Shown one piece after another: positions 1-11,899 of a stretch of 64,000 bases of DNA. The stretch comes from Anthoceros angustus (Eukaryota > Plantae > Anthocerotophyta): assembly GCA_010909165.1 (NCBI GenBank), contig MU008165.1, positions 2,046,001 through 2,110,000 on the forward strand, written 5' to 3'. Both the position numbers and the translations under genes were made by a program. How positions within the stretch are numbered: the stretch's first letter is position 1; every line of letters starts with the position of its first letter. The notes under the pieces are model-generated. The model was not told the DNA's origin. It searched no databases and saw only the letters and a program-made list of their open reading frames with translations.

Positions 1-1346
1 CTCCACGGTGTGTGGTGAGGCCCCAGAAATCCGTCGGCGTGGGTATCTCCGGTCCGTTAAGGACCGCCATACCGCCGTCCGGAGTGAGTCTGGTTGGGGA
101 CTCGGACTAATCGGGACCCTTAGGTCTGTCCGTCTGATAGGCCCTTTGACCTCCTTGGCCCTTTTATACCGGCTCCTTCTCCATGTCTCCACTTAGGGTG
201 GGCGGACGTGAAAGTTCGAACTAGCCGCTTTCCTCTCCTCGTGAGGGATAGGGCCGGCTCTAGGTGGGGTTCTGATGACCCGCCCGTGGGCGTCCCATTG
301 CCTTCTTCTTGCCTCTTCGCCTCCACGCCGCTCGGTCGGCGGGGTAAGGGCATCCTTGAGGCGGTGGGGTTGGGCGGGTGCTTCCTCTTCTCCATCTCTC
401 CCTTAAGTCGGGAGCTCGGCGGTGTCATCTTGAGGCTTGCATGGCGCTCTGCCCTCCCTCCATCGCCGGTTCCGGTCTCGGCGGTAGTGGTCCCTGGGTC
501 GCCGCAGCCTCCGCCTCCTCGCCCCCGCCGAGCCTCCAACGCCTAGCTCTACTCTTGCCGGGCACCTCCGCCAACTCTTTGGCTTCCTCCGTCGGCGTGC
601 TTCCTCCAGCTTCCTTGCTGCCTCCTTTTCCCAAGACAGTCCTCCGCTGCGCTGCATCTCCCAGCGTGCATCATTGACCACCCGGTGGAGCGCTATCCTC
701 ACAGGTGGACTGGCCTGCGTTTCTGATCGGCCTTCTCCTCTTCGACTCGAGGACTCCGCCTTCTTCTTGTGCACTGTGATACCTCCATCGACCACAGCTC
801 CACCATTTGCCTCCGGGTGGCCTCCACTTCTTGGGTCTCTCTGCCATCCTGTAGAGTCCCCATAACATGCCGCGTCCATGACGGCCGCCAACTCTTTGGC
901 TTCCTCCAGCCTCAGTGTGGAGGCCCCAAGAAACTGGCCGAGGCGTAGGTATCTCCCGGTCCGTTAAGGACCGCCATACCGCCGTCCGGAGTGAGTCTGG
1001 GTTGGGGACTCCGGACCCAATCAGGACCCTTAGGTCCTGTCCGTCCTGAGTAGGCCCTTTGACCTCCTTGGCCCTTTTCGCCACCAGCTCCTTCTCCGCA
1101 CGTCTCCACTTAGGGTCGGGCGGACGTGAGGGAGTTCGGGAACTAGCCCGCTTTCCTCTCCTCGTAGGGGATAGGACCGGCTCTAGGTGGGGTTCTTGAT
1201 GACCCTTGCCGTGGGCGTCTCGCCCTTCTTCTTGCCTCTTCGCCTCCACCACTCGGTCGGCAGGTAAGCTGAGTCCTTGAGACGGCAGGTGGGGTTGTGT
1301 GCTTCCTCTTCCATCTCCCTTCTCGTCTCACGGCTCGGCGGTGTCA
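1..1346 (-). mobile_element. Degenerate TE-derived coding remnant, probably the accessory ORF region of another LTR element, with a ~905-bp head-to-tail duplication
   Basis: CCGTTAAGGACCGCCATACCGCCGTCCGGAGTGAG occurs at ~54 and 961. Minus-strand frames are rich in E/K/R/P, with the same pyrimidine-rich plus strand as the giant LTRs downstream. The second copy is cut off at ~1347. No diagnostic domain. Confidence 0.4.
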
Positions 1347-2270
1347 TGCCGCAGTGATATTAATCTACTTGGCTTAGTGTTTGATTAGCATTAATTAATC
1401 TAATTACTTATCTTTAAGTAAGTAGTATTAATTAATCTAAGGTGCTTATGTTAATTAAGCATTGATTAGTGTTAATTAAACATGGTTAGCTAAGTGGATA
1501 AGCTCCAATATGCTTTGGCATATTCCTTGCATATTATAGTGTATTCTTAGGATACAATAGCTAAGTGGATAAGCTCAAGTAATATGCTTTGGCATATTCC
1601 TTGCATATTATAGTGTCAAAGCATATTACTTGCATATTATAGTGTATTCTTAGGATATTTCTGGCATATGCTGATGCCAATAGGATATCTTAGGAATATG
1701 CCGATGCTAGGGTCTAGTATATCTAGACCCTTCCATTGAGGACAAGCTCAGATCATAGCTTGTCCTCTAGATATGCAATGCAAGAGCGTTGTGAGGAGGC
1801 CAAAGGCGACCCGAGAGCTGTGAGGAATTTGCGTGTTGTTCTGGGAGAGTGTTTGTGCCACGACGTGCGAGCTACTTCCTCCTGTGACTATGATCTCGTG
1901 TGTGTACACTAGATAGGCCGTGCTAGGCTTAGTGTGATGCTAGGCGATGCTAGGCGATGCTAGGCGACGCTAGGCAATGCTAGACGATGCTAGGCGATGC
2001 TAGGTGACGCTAGGCGATGCTAGGCCGTGCTAGGCGAGGCGACGCTAGCTCTTTAAGCAAGTAGGCAAGGGACTCTTTAAAGTGTGCCCAAGGCTTGAGG
2101 CCACAAGTACTTTGCCCTGGCCACAAGTACTTGCCCCCCACAGCAGATATCTATGGGATATATCGGCCATATGTGATGCCTTCATGTGACTGCGACCCTC
2201 ATTCTCACGGCCCTTCACTTGCAGGGGATCCGTGATCTGGTATTGTTGGGATTTCGTGCGGGTGCAGTTT
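1347..2270. promoter_or_regulatory. Hairpin- and repeat-rich non-coding region upstream of the LINE (LINE 5' UTR/promoter, or a fragment of another TE)
   Basis: Abrupt switch to AT-rich sequence at 1347. A ~55-bp direct repeat at 1488/1559. Perfect inverted repeats at 1576-1632, 1709-1731 and 1738-1767. CCACAAGTACTT occurs twice within 2101-2132. Confidence 0.4.
1936..2048 (+). repeat. 10-bp minisatellite (GATGCTAGGC)n, about 11 copies
   Basis: Directly visible tandem GATGCTAGGC/GACGCTAGGC units. Confidence 0.95.
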
Positions 2271-2700
2271 ATGCAGCACTTTGGTGGCGAAGGTTGTCTC
2301 CTGGCACATCTGCGGTGATTGGAAGTGGGAAAACGGGCTGATCTTCTCCACAGTGTATATCGGCATTATTCTCGCTATTTATCGAACGGGTGTACTCGAA
2401 CACTTGCCAACAGACTAAGGCGCTCTGCTTCATTTGTTGGCTTTGACCTGGCCCACACCGGCTCGAGCCTACCCTGGAGTGATTTGTTATGGGTTCTGAC
2501 TTGCTGGAAGGCAGCATGCAAGGTCCATTGCCTACAGGGGTTACTGCGTATTGACGGATTCCAAGGAGTATTCAGAATCACAAGCTCCCTCGTCCAAAGG
2601 TGCAAGGTGCAAAAATAAAATCGACAGATTATTCAAGTCCTTCCAAACGGATATTAAAAGTTGCAATCGATCTTCCGCTTCCCAGTCGAAAGTTACATGA

Positions 2701-3672
2701 GTAAGTCAAGTCCAAGTTTCCAAGCAACTTTTTCAAGACAAAATTCAGTCTCAAGAGCTGGACATTGCTGCACTCCAAAAGAAGCTGGATCTTCAACTTC
2801 CAACAATACAAGCAGATCTAGTCCAGCATCGGCACCAAATTGCTTCCCTCAACAAGCAATTGCCTACCTACTTGCCCAAGACGGCTGTTCCTCAGCTGAA
2901 ATCAGATTTCCTGGAACATCACCAGCATCATATGGATTCTTTCAAGCAGGATCTTTCTACAGATTATATGCTCAACAAGGAGATGCCACAATTCAGAGAG
3001 GACCTCATGCACCGTGCCTCCACTTCTATGGATGCCAAGTGCTTGGTCAAACAATTTGTGCAAAGAGAATTGCAGGACCTATCTGGTAAATTGTCTATTT
3101 CAAAGCTCGAAGTGGCAGACCACATTTACGCAACCAAACAATTCGTTACAGCGGAGGTGGAAAAGTTGGGCAATGGCTTGGTTCAGGCCCCAATCCTGCC
3201 TGCTGCTGCTCCTCAGAGCCTGCCAGGCTCGCCTTCAGACGCAGTGAATGCAACTATTGTTGAATCTCAGGAGCGGATGAAGCGCTCCCTTAATCTCCGA
3301 GTGACAGGCTTACGGAATTCTGGAACTGCGCAGGAGGTGGTGTCTGAGTTCCTAGCCACTAAGCTCCAACTACCTCGAATATCCTTCCAGAATGCTTGGC
3401 TCGTTGGGAAGGACCCTGGTCGCCCAACTGTTTTCCTCATCCGTTTCTACTCTGTCCAGGATCGGCTCCAAGTCTTGCGGGCCCGCACTAATTTGCGGGG
3501 CCAAAATATTTTTATCGCAGATGATTTAACCAAGTTGCAGGTCAAGACCAAGTATGCCCAGATGCCTGCCTTCAGGGAGGCTCGGGCGGCGGGGAAAATC
3601 GCATTTTTCCATGGGGACCGTCTGTTTATCAAGGATGCCACAAGCATCCAGGATGGGCTGCCGGACTTATGA
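2701..3672 (+). CDS. LINE ORF1p: coiled coil followed by an L1-ORF1p-type RRM and C-terminal domain
   Basis: The frame is open from 2701 (QELDIAALQKKLDLQL... heptad-like); the ORF caller's TTG at 2860 is not the true start. Motifs RSLNLRVTGL, RPTVFLIRFYSVQDRLQVLRARTNLRGQNIFIADDLT and AREAGKIAFFHGDRLFI-like resemble the L1/CR1/L2 ORF1 RRM-CTD. Confidence 0.85.
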   Translation, partial: VSQVQVSKQLFQDKIQSQELDIAALQKKLDLQLPTIQADLVQHRHQIASLNKQLPTYLPKTAVPQLKSDFLEHHQHHMDSFKQDLSTDYMLNKEMPQFREDLMHRASTSMDAKCLVKQFVQRELQDLSGKLSISKLEVADHIYATKQFVTAEVEKLGNGLVQAPILPAAAPQSLPGSPSDAVNATIVESQERMKRSLNLRVTGLRNSGTAQEVVSEFLATKLQLPRISFQNAWLVGKDPGRPTVFLIRFYSVQDRLQVLRARTNLRGQNIFIADDLTKLQVKTKYAQMPAFREARAAGKIAFFHGDRLFIKDATSIQDGLPDL

Positions 3673-5336
3673 GGTCTGCGGCCCGCAAGGCCCACTCCGG
3701 GTCCATCCTTAGGATGGCTTCCTGGAATTGCAATGGTTCTTTATGGGCACAACCAGGTGGTATGCTCCACCTTACAGCGGGCCACGACTTGATCTTTCTC
3801 ACGGAAACTCACGAACACCGGGCAGAAATCTTCCCACTTTTCCCAATTTCCTTTCCTTCTCTTTATTCAGGAATTATGTTTCTTCCAAGACACCCAAAGC
3901 TGCGGGTGGTGTGGCTTGCTTTTTCCGATCTTCTCTCTCACAATTCATCACTGTGGTAAGGGAGGACTCTTTGGCGAGAGTTTTGTGGATCAGGGTCTCG
4001 GCAATGATTCTTCCATCTAATCGTCATTTATTCATAGCATGTTGCTATTTTCCACCTCAGGGTTCTCCCCATGCCAAAGGCCAGCCTCCTATGACATTTC
4101 AAGACCTTTCAGAAGATCTCATGCATTTTATGCCTCTTGGGGATATCTTGTTGGTTGGAGACTTTAATGCTTGGACATCCTCCGAGCAATCTCCTATCTA
4201 TGCACCGGATGACCAACAAAAGTTATTCCCGCTTGATCTTGCTGAGGTTGGCCTCCAGAGACGGTCTGATGATCCGCACCAGGTTAATGTTTTTGGCAGG
4301 GCTCTTCTCAACCTGGTGGAGTCGCACAGCCTATTTATTTTCAATGGACTTCCTCAATGGCCTGGGAGCGAGAGGATTACCCACTATGCTCCTTCAGGTC
4401 AACTTCCTGCTGTCCTTGATTACGTCATTGGAGAGGCTTCCTTTCTTTCTTGTTCACCAATTGCGGTCTCGACTTCAAGCCTCTTGAGTCGACCATGTCT
4501 TCATTCTTGGCATATATCCTATGACAAACGATGCTGCTGCTCCAATCCCACAAGTCTTCTAGAGTCCACTTTTCCCTCAACCATCGTCTTGCTTCCCAAT
4601 ACTCCTCTCTTCTAAAAAGTCCTTGTGCCATTCCTCTTGGCCTTCCCTTCTCCCAACAAGCCCTTTGCCTTCACTTACGCCATGCTATCTTACGCATAAA
4701 ATCTTTCCCCTAAACCTTGTCATCTGTCAAGCTCTCCAACCTGCTCCTCGCCACCCTTGGTTTGATGATGAATGCAAACGTCTCCGCTTTCATACTCATA
4801 AGTGCCTCCGTGCTCTCAATGTCCCATCCAAGTCTCATCATTCCCCGCTGTACAAGGCTATTGTCAAGCCTTATAAGGCTCTTATTGCTGTCAAAAAGTC
4901 TGCTTTCTTTTCCTCCCAGCGTGATCGCCTCTTGAGGCTTCTCAGAGAATCTCCTGGTGGTGCTGCTTTTTGGAAGGAGTTTCACTCTCATCGAACAATC
5001 TTATTGGAGGCCTCTCCTGAGCTTATCAAGTATGTGCAAACTCTCTTCTTAGAATCTGTTCCCCTTGTGAGTCTCGGGATCACAGGATCAAGCATTCCTC
5101 GACCTCATTCGGCTATCAACAAACTCGGATCTGGGAGAGCCTCGACCTGCGGATATCCACGGAGAACTTTTCTCTTATGCTCCTCATTGTGCCCCTCCCT
5201 TAGCTTTGTTCAATGAGGCTTTAGTCCATGGTTTTCCTGAGGCATGGTGTTGGAATGACATTCATTCCATCTTCAAGACAGGTGACCCACAGCTCCCGCC
5301 CAACTACAGGTATATCATGGTTGAGTCCATCTTCGC
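3669..5336 (+). pseudogene. LINE ORF2, 5' part: APE endonuclease, linker and start of reverse transcriptase (frameshifted)
   Basis: APE motifs: MASWNCNG, DLIFLTETH, GGVACF, CYFPP, LVGDFNA, VNVFGRALL, FIFNG, LDYVI. Linker motifs: PWFDDECK, FWK. Start of RT: FPEAWCWNDIHSIFKTGDPQLPPNYRYIMV. Confidence 0.93.
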
Positions 5337-6160
5337 TGTGGTAGGGAAAACCCGGGGCACTCCCGAGGTCCTCCCACTATAGCGGCCACACTTATCCCAC
5401 TGTCGCTTCGTACGTTGGGTTTCGTCCCATGAGACTTGTGTGAAAATTCGAGGCCTTGTGGTACCAATCGCTACCTGCAGAGACACAACTTCTCGGCCTT
5501 CTAAACAAGCAAGGCGCCCTCTACTCTCCCTCTTCTTGCGGTGCACCGCACCTTTGCTCGAAAAATCACCAATCCTCGACCTACAGCGACACAACACTTG
5601 CAGGTCTGCCTTAGCGTGAGGAGCCTATCACGGGCGCCCAGGACCCCCGATCCACACGCGATTTCGTCCCTACTTCTAAGACCACTCTTCTCCACTCGGG
5701 GAGCTCTTTTACTTGCAGTTGGGATTCGTCCCTTAGGCTGCACTGTGGCCTTCCACTAACACCTACACCTCTAATCCTCTACTCATCTTCTCATCTCCTC
5801 ATCCTCTTCCTCCTATTCTAACCTCGATTCGGGCTTCTTGGTTTCGACTTTACAGCTGGCTCACAGGTCGGCCTCCACCAAGTTCTTCCTTGGGCGGTTG
5901 CTATGAGTTTGACACGTGAGAACCTCCGAGTCTTTCCTGTAGTCTACCCTCAAGCCGAGTTCTGGGCATTTGCCACACACCCAAAGCAAAGCAATTTCAC
6001 GGCAACCATTCACAAGGGAGCAACTCGTTTAGGCACTTGCGGTGAGCAAGTCCTCCACCAAGCACTCCGACCACCGCGACTTCCTCTCTACGGACTGCGT
6101 TGGCTCAGACGGATGGAATTTGTATGGCAAAGGCAAGACATGATACTTTACTTTGTGAAA

Positions 6161-6184
6161 TCCTCCTCCTCTTATAGGAGGCCT
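6161..6184 (-). promoter_or_regulatory. Putative LTR TATA box (CTCCTATAAGAGG)
   Basis: The same motif lies at an equivalent distance from the LTR end in the second LTR (13438-13450). Confidence 0.6.
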
Positions 6185-6719
6185 TCCACATACAACCTCC
6201 CTTAGGTGACCCTCTGCGGTCACCTTTTCCAATTTTCTATTATTTCCTACAGACATTTAATGTATGGCACCTAAATCTATTATGCATCCTTGGTAAATTC
6301 TATTCTAGTAACTTCACCTAAGACCATCCTTAAGGATGTCGGACATCACCTATCCTTCCTATTCCCCAAAGCTCATTTATGGTCATTGACCATTCTAGTC
6401 TTCACCTCTGGGGTGGGGACATGCCCTTGTGGATTGGCTCCCTCGCCCTCCTTTTGCTCTGTCCCTTCCCGGATCTTGTCATCTTCCTAATGTGTGGGGC
6501 AAGTACAATCTGCCTTCCCGTCCCCTTCCTAATGTGTGGGGCAAGTACAATCTGCCCTTCCTCCATCTCCAGGGCGCTCTCCATCATCGCCCCTCCGGCC
6601 TCGCGCCTTCCTCGCCCTGGCGCCCTTCTCGGCCTCCGCGGTAGTCGCGCGGACTACGGTAGTGACTACGGTAGTGACTACTTGGTACCTTCTCCTTCCT
6701 TCCTCTCTTCTTCCTCCGG

Positions 6720-8885
6720 TGATGTCTTGGGTTGAATCTTTTGCTCCTTCCTTTGTTTTGTCCATACCTATCATGGAGCATCTTCAAAATCTTCCCCATT
6801 GTCATGTTTACTAATCTCTCGGGCCTTCTTGCGTTGGTCTCCTCTCGGCTGGCTCCTTCCCTTGCTCGTGGGGAGAACTTCTCACCCTCCTTCTTCCTCG
6901 GTCGGACCCCCTCTCCTCCGGTGGGGTTGTCTCCCCCACCTCCTCTTCCTCCTTCTTCCTCTCCGGCCCCTTCATCGGCCCGCGGCCCGACTCCCCCGAT
7001 CTCAGCGCCCGTGGGCTGCCTACCGGTAGTCAGCGGACTACCGGTAGTCAGCGGACTACGGTAGTGGTCTGGTGGTGACCCCAGGAGGCTTTCCCCCTCC
7101 TTGCTCTGCGCCATCTTCCTTTGGCGCTCGCGCCTCCTTCACCTCGACTCCTCAGTTCCTCGGAGTCCATCACATCAAAATCGGAGGCCTCACTGCACTG
7201 TTGCAGCTCCTTCATCATCATGAGGACCCAATGTCCTCCTCTTGGCCAACGCAGATCTCATTGTTGGCCTTCAAAATCTATTGTGGAGGGCCCCAAGCTG
7301 ATGCATTTGGAGATCATCAATCTCAGTGGGCCACTCTCCATCTTCACACCTACCTTTGTAGGCGTCCCTCTGAGGTGGTCAATTCCCCACCTTGACATGG
7401 AGGTCACATTCTCCTCCCTTGCTTCCTTATTTGGTGGCCAATTTTGCACGAAGGGCATAATCACGCCCAAAACCTTCCTTCCTCACCATTCTATGTACCA
7501 CCTTCTTGTGGTACTCCTCCTCTGGAACCTCCTTTGTTCCAAGTCCTCTATTTTGAGCAAGCCCTTCCTCTCCTTGCCAAGCATCTTTCGCTCCGGCTCT
7601 GGTCTTGGTGAATTTCAGCTCGGCGCTTCTCTTCCAAATCAGGGTCTTCTCAACTCTTCCTTCATGTCCGGATGATGGCTTGGTAGCCATCACTGCTCTT
7701 GCGTCCATTGCGAGACCTTCTCCTTCCTAGTGCCTGTTTTGCCCTTTTCTCCTCGCACCTGGCGCGCCTCTCGGCCGCGGTGATGCGGCTTGGTGACTAC
7801 CCTACATGGTGGTAACTTTCTACTGGTATCTTCAGTATCTTCTTCTTCTTCTTCCTCCGGTGATGTCCATACCTATCATGGAGCATCTTCATCTTCCTTT
7901 GTTTGATTTGTCCATACCTATCATGGAGCATCTTCAAAATCTTCCCCATTGTGATGTTGACTCCTAATCTCCGGGCCTTCTTTGTTGGTCTCCTCCTGGC
8001 CTTCCTTGCTCGTGGGGAGAACTTCTCACCCTCCTTCTTCCTCCGGCCTTCTTGTGGTACTCCTCCTCTCCTCGGTGGGGTTGTCTCTCCCACCACCTCC
8101 TCTTCTCCGCCTCTGGGGCCCCCTTCATCGGCCCGGCGACTCCCCTAGCGGCGTGGTGGGTGCTTGCTACCGGTAGTCAGCGGACTACGTGGTAATAGTG
8201 GTCTGTCACCTGGTAGGTTGACCCCGGAGGTGGGCTTTCCCCCTCCTTGCTCTGCGCCATCTTCCTTGGCGCGCTCTCACCTCTCCGACTCCTCAGTTCC
8301 TCGAGTCCGGCCTCATCAAAATCGGAGGCCTCTGCACTGTTGCAGCTCCTTCTGTCATCATCATGAGGACCCAATGTCCTCCTCTTGGCCAAGATCTCAT
8401 TGTTGGCCTTCAAAATCTATTGTGGTGGGCCCCAAGCTGATGTGCATTTGGAGATCATCAATCTCCATGGGCCACTCTCCATCTCACACCTACCTTTGTA
8501 GGCGTCCCTTGGTGGTCAATTCCCCACCTTGACATGGAGGTTACATTCTCCTCCCTTGCTTCCCCTTTGGTGGCCAATTTTGCACGAAGGGCATAATCAC
8601 AAAATCCCCGCTTCCTTACTACCATTCTATGTACCACCTTCTTGTGGTACTCCTCCTCTGGAACCTCCTTTGTTCCAAGTCCTCTATTTTGAGCAAGCCC
8701 TTCCTCTCCTTGCCAAGCATCTTTCGCTCCGGCTCTGGTCTTGGTGAATTTCAGCTCGGCGCTTCTCTTCCAAATCAGGGTCTTCTCAACTCTTCCTTCA
8801 TGTCCGGATGATGGCTTGGTAGCCATCACTGCTCTTGCGTCCATTGCGAGACCTTCTCCTTCCTAGTGCCTGTTTTGCCCTTTCT
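6720..8885. repeat. ~1.14-kb head-to-tail duplication inside the solo LTR
   Basis: Near-identical blocks offset by 1136 bp; ORF MDARAVMATK begins at both 7708 and 8844. Confidence 0.9.
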
Positions 8886-11330
8886 TGCTCTAATTGGGCA
8901 AAATGCTCCTCCGCCTTTTGCCTGAATCCCTTGGGTTGTTGCTCGAATGGCTCTTTCTTGGTTTGTGACCTTCCCTCAGGACCTTTTCCTTGCGCTCATC
9001 CATGAGGTCGGCTGGAGCTTCTCTGACCTTTCCAACTTGGCTGCCTTTTCGTCGGACTCCATGGCCTCCAATTGCCATTTGGTCCTGCCTTCCCGCCATG
9101 TCTTGAGCTTTCACTTCCTCTTGGCATGCCCACAAGGAGGCTGCTAGCTCCCTAGCCCCTTCAAATCCACATGGTGAGTGCTTCACAAGCACTCGGCAAT
9201 TCTCCTAGGGTCCTAATTCCACCCCTTTCTTCTTCTTTGGAAATCTCCAGCTCTCCGCCTCTCCATCAGCGGCCAGTCCCTCACGTCGCTCCATCCGCTC
9301 TCCACCAGCGGAGATGGTGGCCTAGCGCCGCCCGGCTCTGTTTCTCCTTCCCTTCCACCGTGGGCTGCACTACGTGGTGCACCCCCTGTGGTGTGCTCCA
9401 GCGGTGATGCGCCTACCTACCATGGTGGGCGCCTACCACGGTAGTCCGCCCACCCCTTGGGTGTGCCTCCCTGGGGTAGGTGAGATCTGGGCACCCAATG
9501 GTGGGGACTCCCCCACCCAGGCGTAGTTCTCTCATAGACTACCATTGGCCTTCCTTGGCCGGTTCACTCCCTCCTCTTGCTTGCTCTTGTGGGGAAAGAT
9601 TCCCACTCGGCAACCTTGCCATCTTCTCCTCTTGCCTAGCATGCTTGTGGAGTCGACCTCCACTTCTTCCATAATGCAAAGGCAAGGCCTTTCCAAACCT
9701 CGGTGGAGATGGATGACCTCAAAGGGATGCCATGCATCTTCAAGCTCCTTGCTTGTGAGAAGTCCCTCTGCTTTCCCAAATGCACCAAATAGGTGCCGAG
9801 GCATGGCTCGGCCTTCCTCATCCACGAATTTGGCTTGAGGAGCTTCTCCGGTGGTGGATGTATGTTTATACATAATGGTTCCCCAATCCGCTATTCTATG
9901 GAAATCTTCCACAAAAATTGGAGGAAGTTGGTGCGAATAAGTTCTGGTAATTCACCAACCCCAGCACAATCTTTGCAAAGAGCCTCCACGTCAGCTCCTT
10001 GATGCTCTCTGTTTTCCAGCCATTCTTGGCGTGGGCCTTCACCCCTCCATCCATCATGTCAAGGAACTCTTGTGGGATTTCGGAGAGGGCCGTCCTCTTC
10101 CCTCCATTCGACCTTTCGAGGAGAGCAATTCGAGCTCTCCTCCTCTCCATACACTGCCAATGCTTTTACGGTCCAAAGAAGGGGATCCGCTCGAGCATTC
10201 CTTTTCCTAACGCGCAGGGTCGCTCGATTGATGGAGATTGATGAAGCACTCAATCAACTCCAAATTGGTGTAGGCCCATTGGCGGCCATACACCCATCCC
10301 AATTGGATGTTCTCTTCCGCAAAATTAACCCACCAAGTCTCGGGGTTGAGCTGCAAGAACGTAGAATTGAGGCATCAAAAGCTCGCCTCCCGGGCGGCGC
10401 AATACCTGCTTTTTGCCCTTCCTCCTTCGAAGAGGAACCTTGGCGCCTTTTCCCTTGCCTTTCCTTTCCTCCTCGAGGCATGGCAATGCCTTCCTTCCCA
10501 AATGTTTCAGGTGGAAGAGATTATTTTCCGATTCGGATACTACCAACCTCGTGCTCGCTTCCTGGTGCTCCTCCTTCCGAGCTAGAAGCTAGGGCCCAAA
10601 CAAACACCACGGCAGCATCGGGCAGCCTTCGAATCACTCTCGCCTCCTTCCAAAGGCGCCTGCCACCCTGCACTCGGCCGCCACTGGTGCTCCAACTTTC
10701 ACCGCCGCCCTCCTTGGTGTTTTCCTGCCTCCGGCGCTCACACCCTCACCCGCTCCACCTCCTTTCCTTTCCTTCTTCGCCAATCACTGGAGCTAGGGTT
10801 TTCTAGCCTTCAACGCACAAACACTGCCTTCTTCTCGCGCCTTTCCTTCCTCGGCGGCGATGGCGATGGCGGCTTCCTTCCTTTCCTCACCTCGAGGCAT
10901 GGCAATGCCTCCTTCCCAAATGTTTGAGAAGAGATTATTTTCCGATTCGGATACTACCAACCTCGCTCTGCTCTGTGCTCCTCCTTCTCACTAGAAGCTA
11001 GGGCCCTGAAACACCAGCAAGGTTAATTGTGAGGCTCTTGGCTTCACTCTCTCGCTTCCTCCTTCCAAAGGCGCCCTCGGCCCGGTCGGCCTCCTGGTCA
11101 AGCGCTCTGGTGCTCCAACTTTCACCGTCAGCCTCCCTTGGTGTTTTCCTAGCAGCTCCTGGCGCTTCTCACACTCCACAGCGACTGCCTCTTCTCCACC
11201 TCCTTTCCTTTCCTTCTCCAATCAGGAGCTAGGGTTTCCTTCTCCTTCAACGCACGCACTGCCTTCTTCGCCGCCTTCCTTCCTCTGGCGGCGATGGCGG
11301 CGGCTTCCTTCTCCTCTTGTGTTTACGCCC
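7100..11330 (-). pseudogene. LTR-embedded accessory gene (frameshifted): charged N-terminus, globular core at ~9530-10250, low-complexity/coiled-coil tail
   Basis: Core fragments: LSEIPQEFLDMMDGGVKAHAKNGWKTESIKELTWRLFAKIVLGLVNYQNL and RIADWGTIMYKH...HLFGAFGKAEGLLTSKELEDAW. TATA-like CTATATAT upstream at ~11536-11543 (minus). Boundaries approximate. Confidence 0.65.
10460..11310. repeat. ~420-bp tandem duplication inside the solo LTR
   Basis: CTCGAGGCATGGCAATGCC and GATTATTTTCCGATTCGGATACTACCAACCTCG occur at ~10472/10520 and again at ~10891/10933. Confidence 0.85.
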
Positions 11331-11899
11331 AGCCCAAGTGAAGTTGCTCACAAGGAGTTAAGCGCCCAAATTGCACTTTGCCTCTCCGATGTCCGCCAAT
11401 CGGAGGCTTCTCAACCCTAGATTTGATTCATCATTCCAAAATCCTAATTCTATCTAAACCGGCCTATTTCGTATTCCCGCTATTCCTAATTAATCGCTAC
11501 TAATCACCCTATATGTTTATTCCCTATTGGTGAGCATATATAGTGGATATCCCCTATATTCATTGCTTTTCTGGCCGAGATCCTGGCTACCACTGCGGTA
11601 GTCTACCCACTGGTAGTCTGCTCCTTTCTCGACCTACCGGCGTGGGGTGGCGACCTACGATGGTAGTCTCACACTTACCAATCTTCGACCGCCTCCCGCT
11701 CCGTCTGGGGGTCGTTTCGACCCGTTTTTCTTCCTGGGATATCCTCTTCACATTCCTAACAATATTGTATGACTCCAGCTTCAAGATTCTCAGAAGTTTT
11801 CCTGGCATGCTTCTCTTCAATCGTTCCTAGCCAAAAAAAAACAAAATTGTTCGTCTTTTGGCTAGTTTGGACTGGTTGCCCAAACTTTTACGTTCCACA

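Larger units (their letters stand above)
5337..11899 (-). mobile_element. Giant solo LTR (6.56 kb) of a Ty3/gypsy family
   Basis: Termini TGTGG (5337) and CCACA (11899). 5-bp TSD TTCGC at 5332-5336 and 11900-11904. No terminal direct repeats and no gag/pol. Both ends match the PPT-adjacent LTR at 12450-21054. Confidence 0.88.

Noticed and set aside
2236-2252. TGGTATTG as a tRNA-Met primer-binding site
   Set aside because: It does not match TGGTATCAGAGC beyond 6 nt, is not preceded by a clear LTR end, and is followed by LINE genes rather than gag.
5337-11899. DNA transposon, or complete non-autonomous LTR element (LARD/TRIM)
   Set aside because: The inverted termini are only 5 bp, there is no transposase and no terminal direct repeat, and the homologous unit sits directly after a PPT, which fits a solo LTR.
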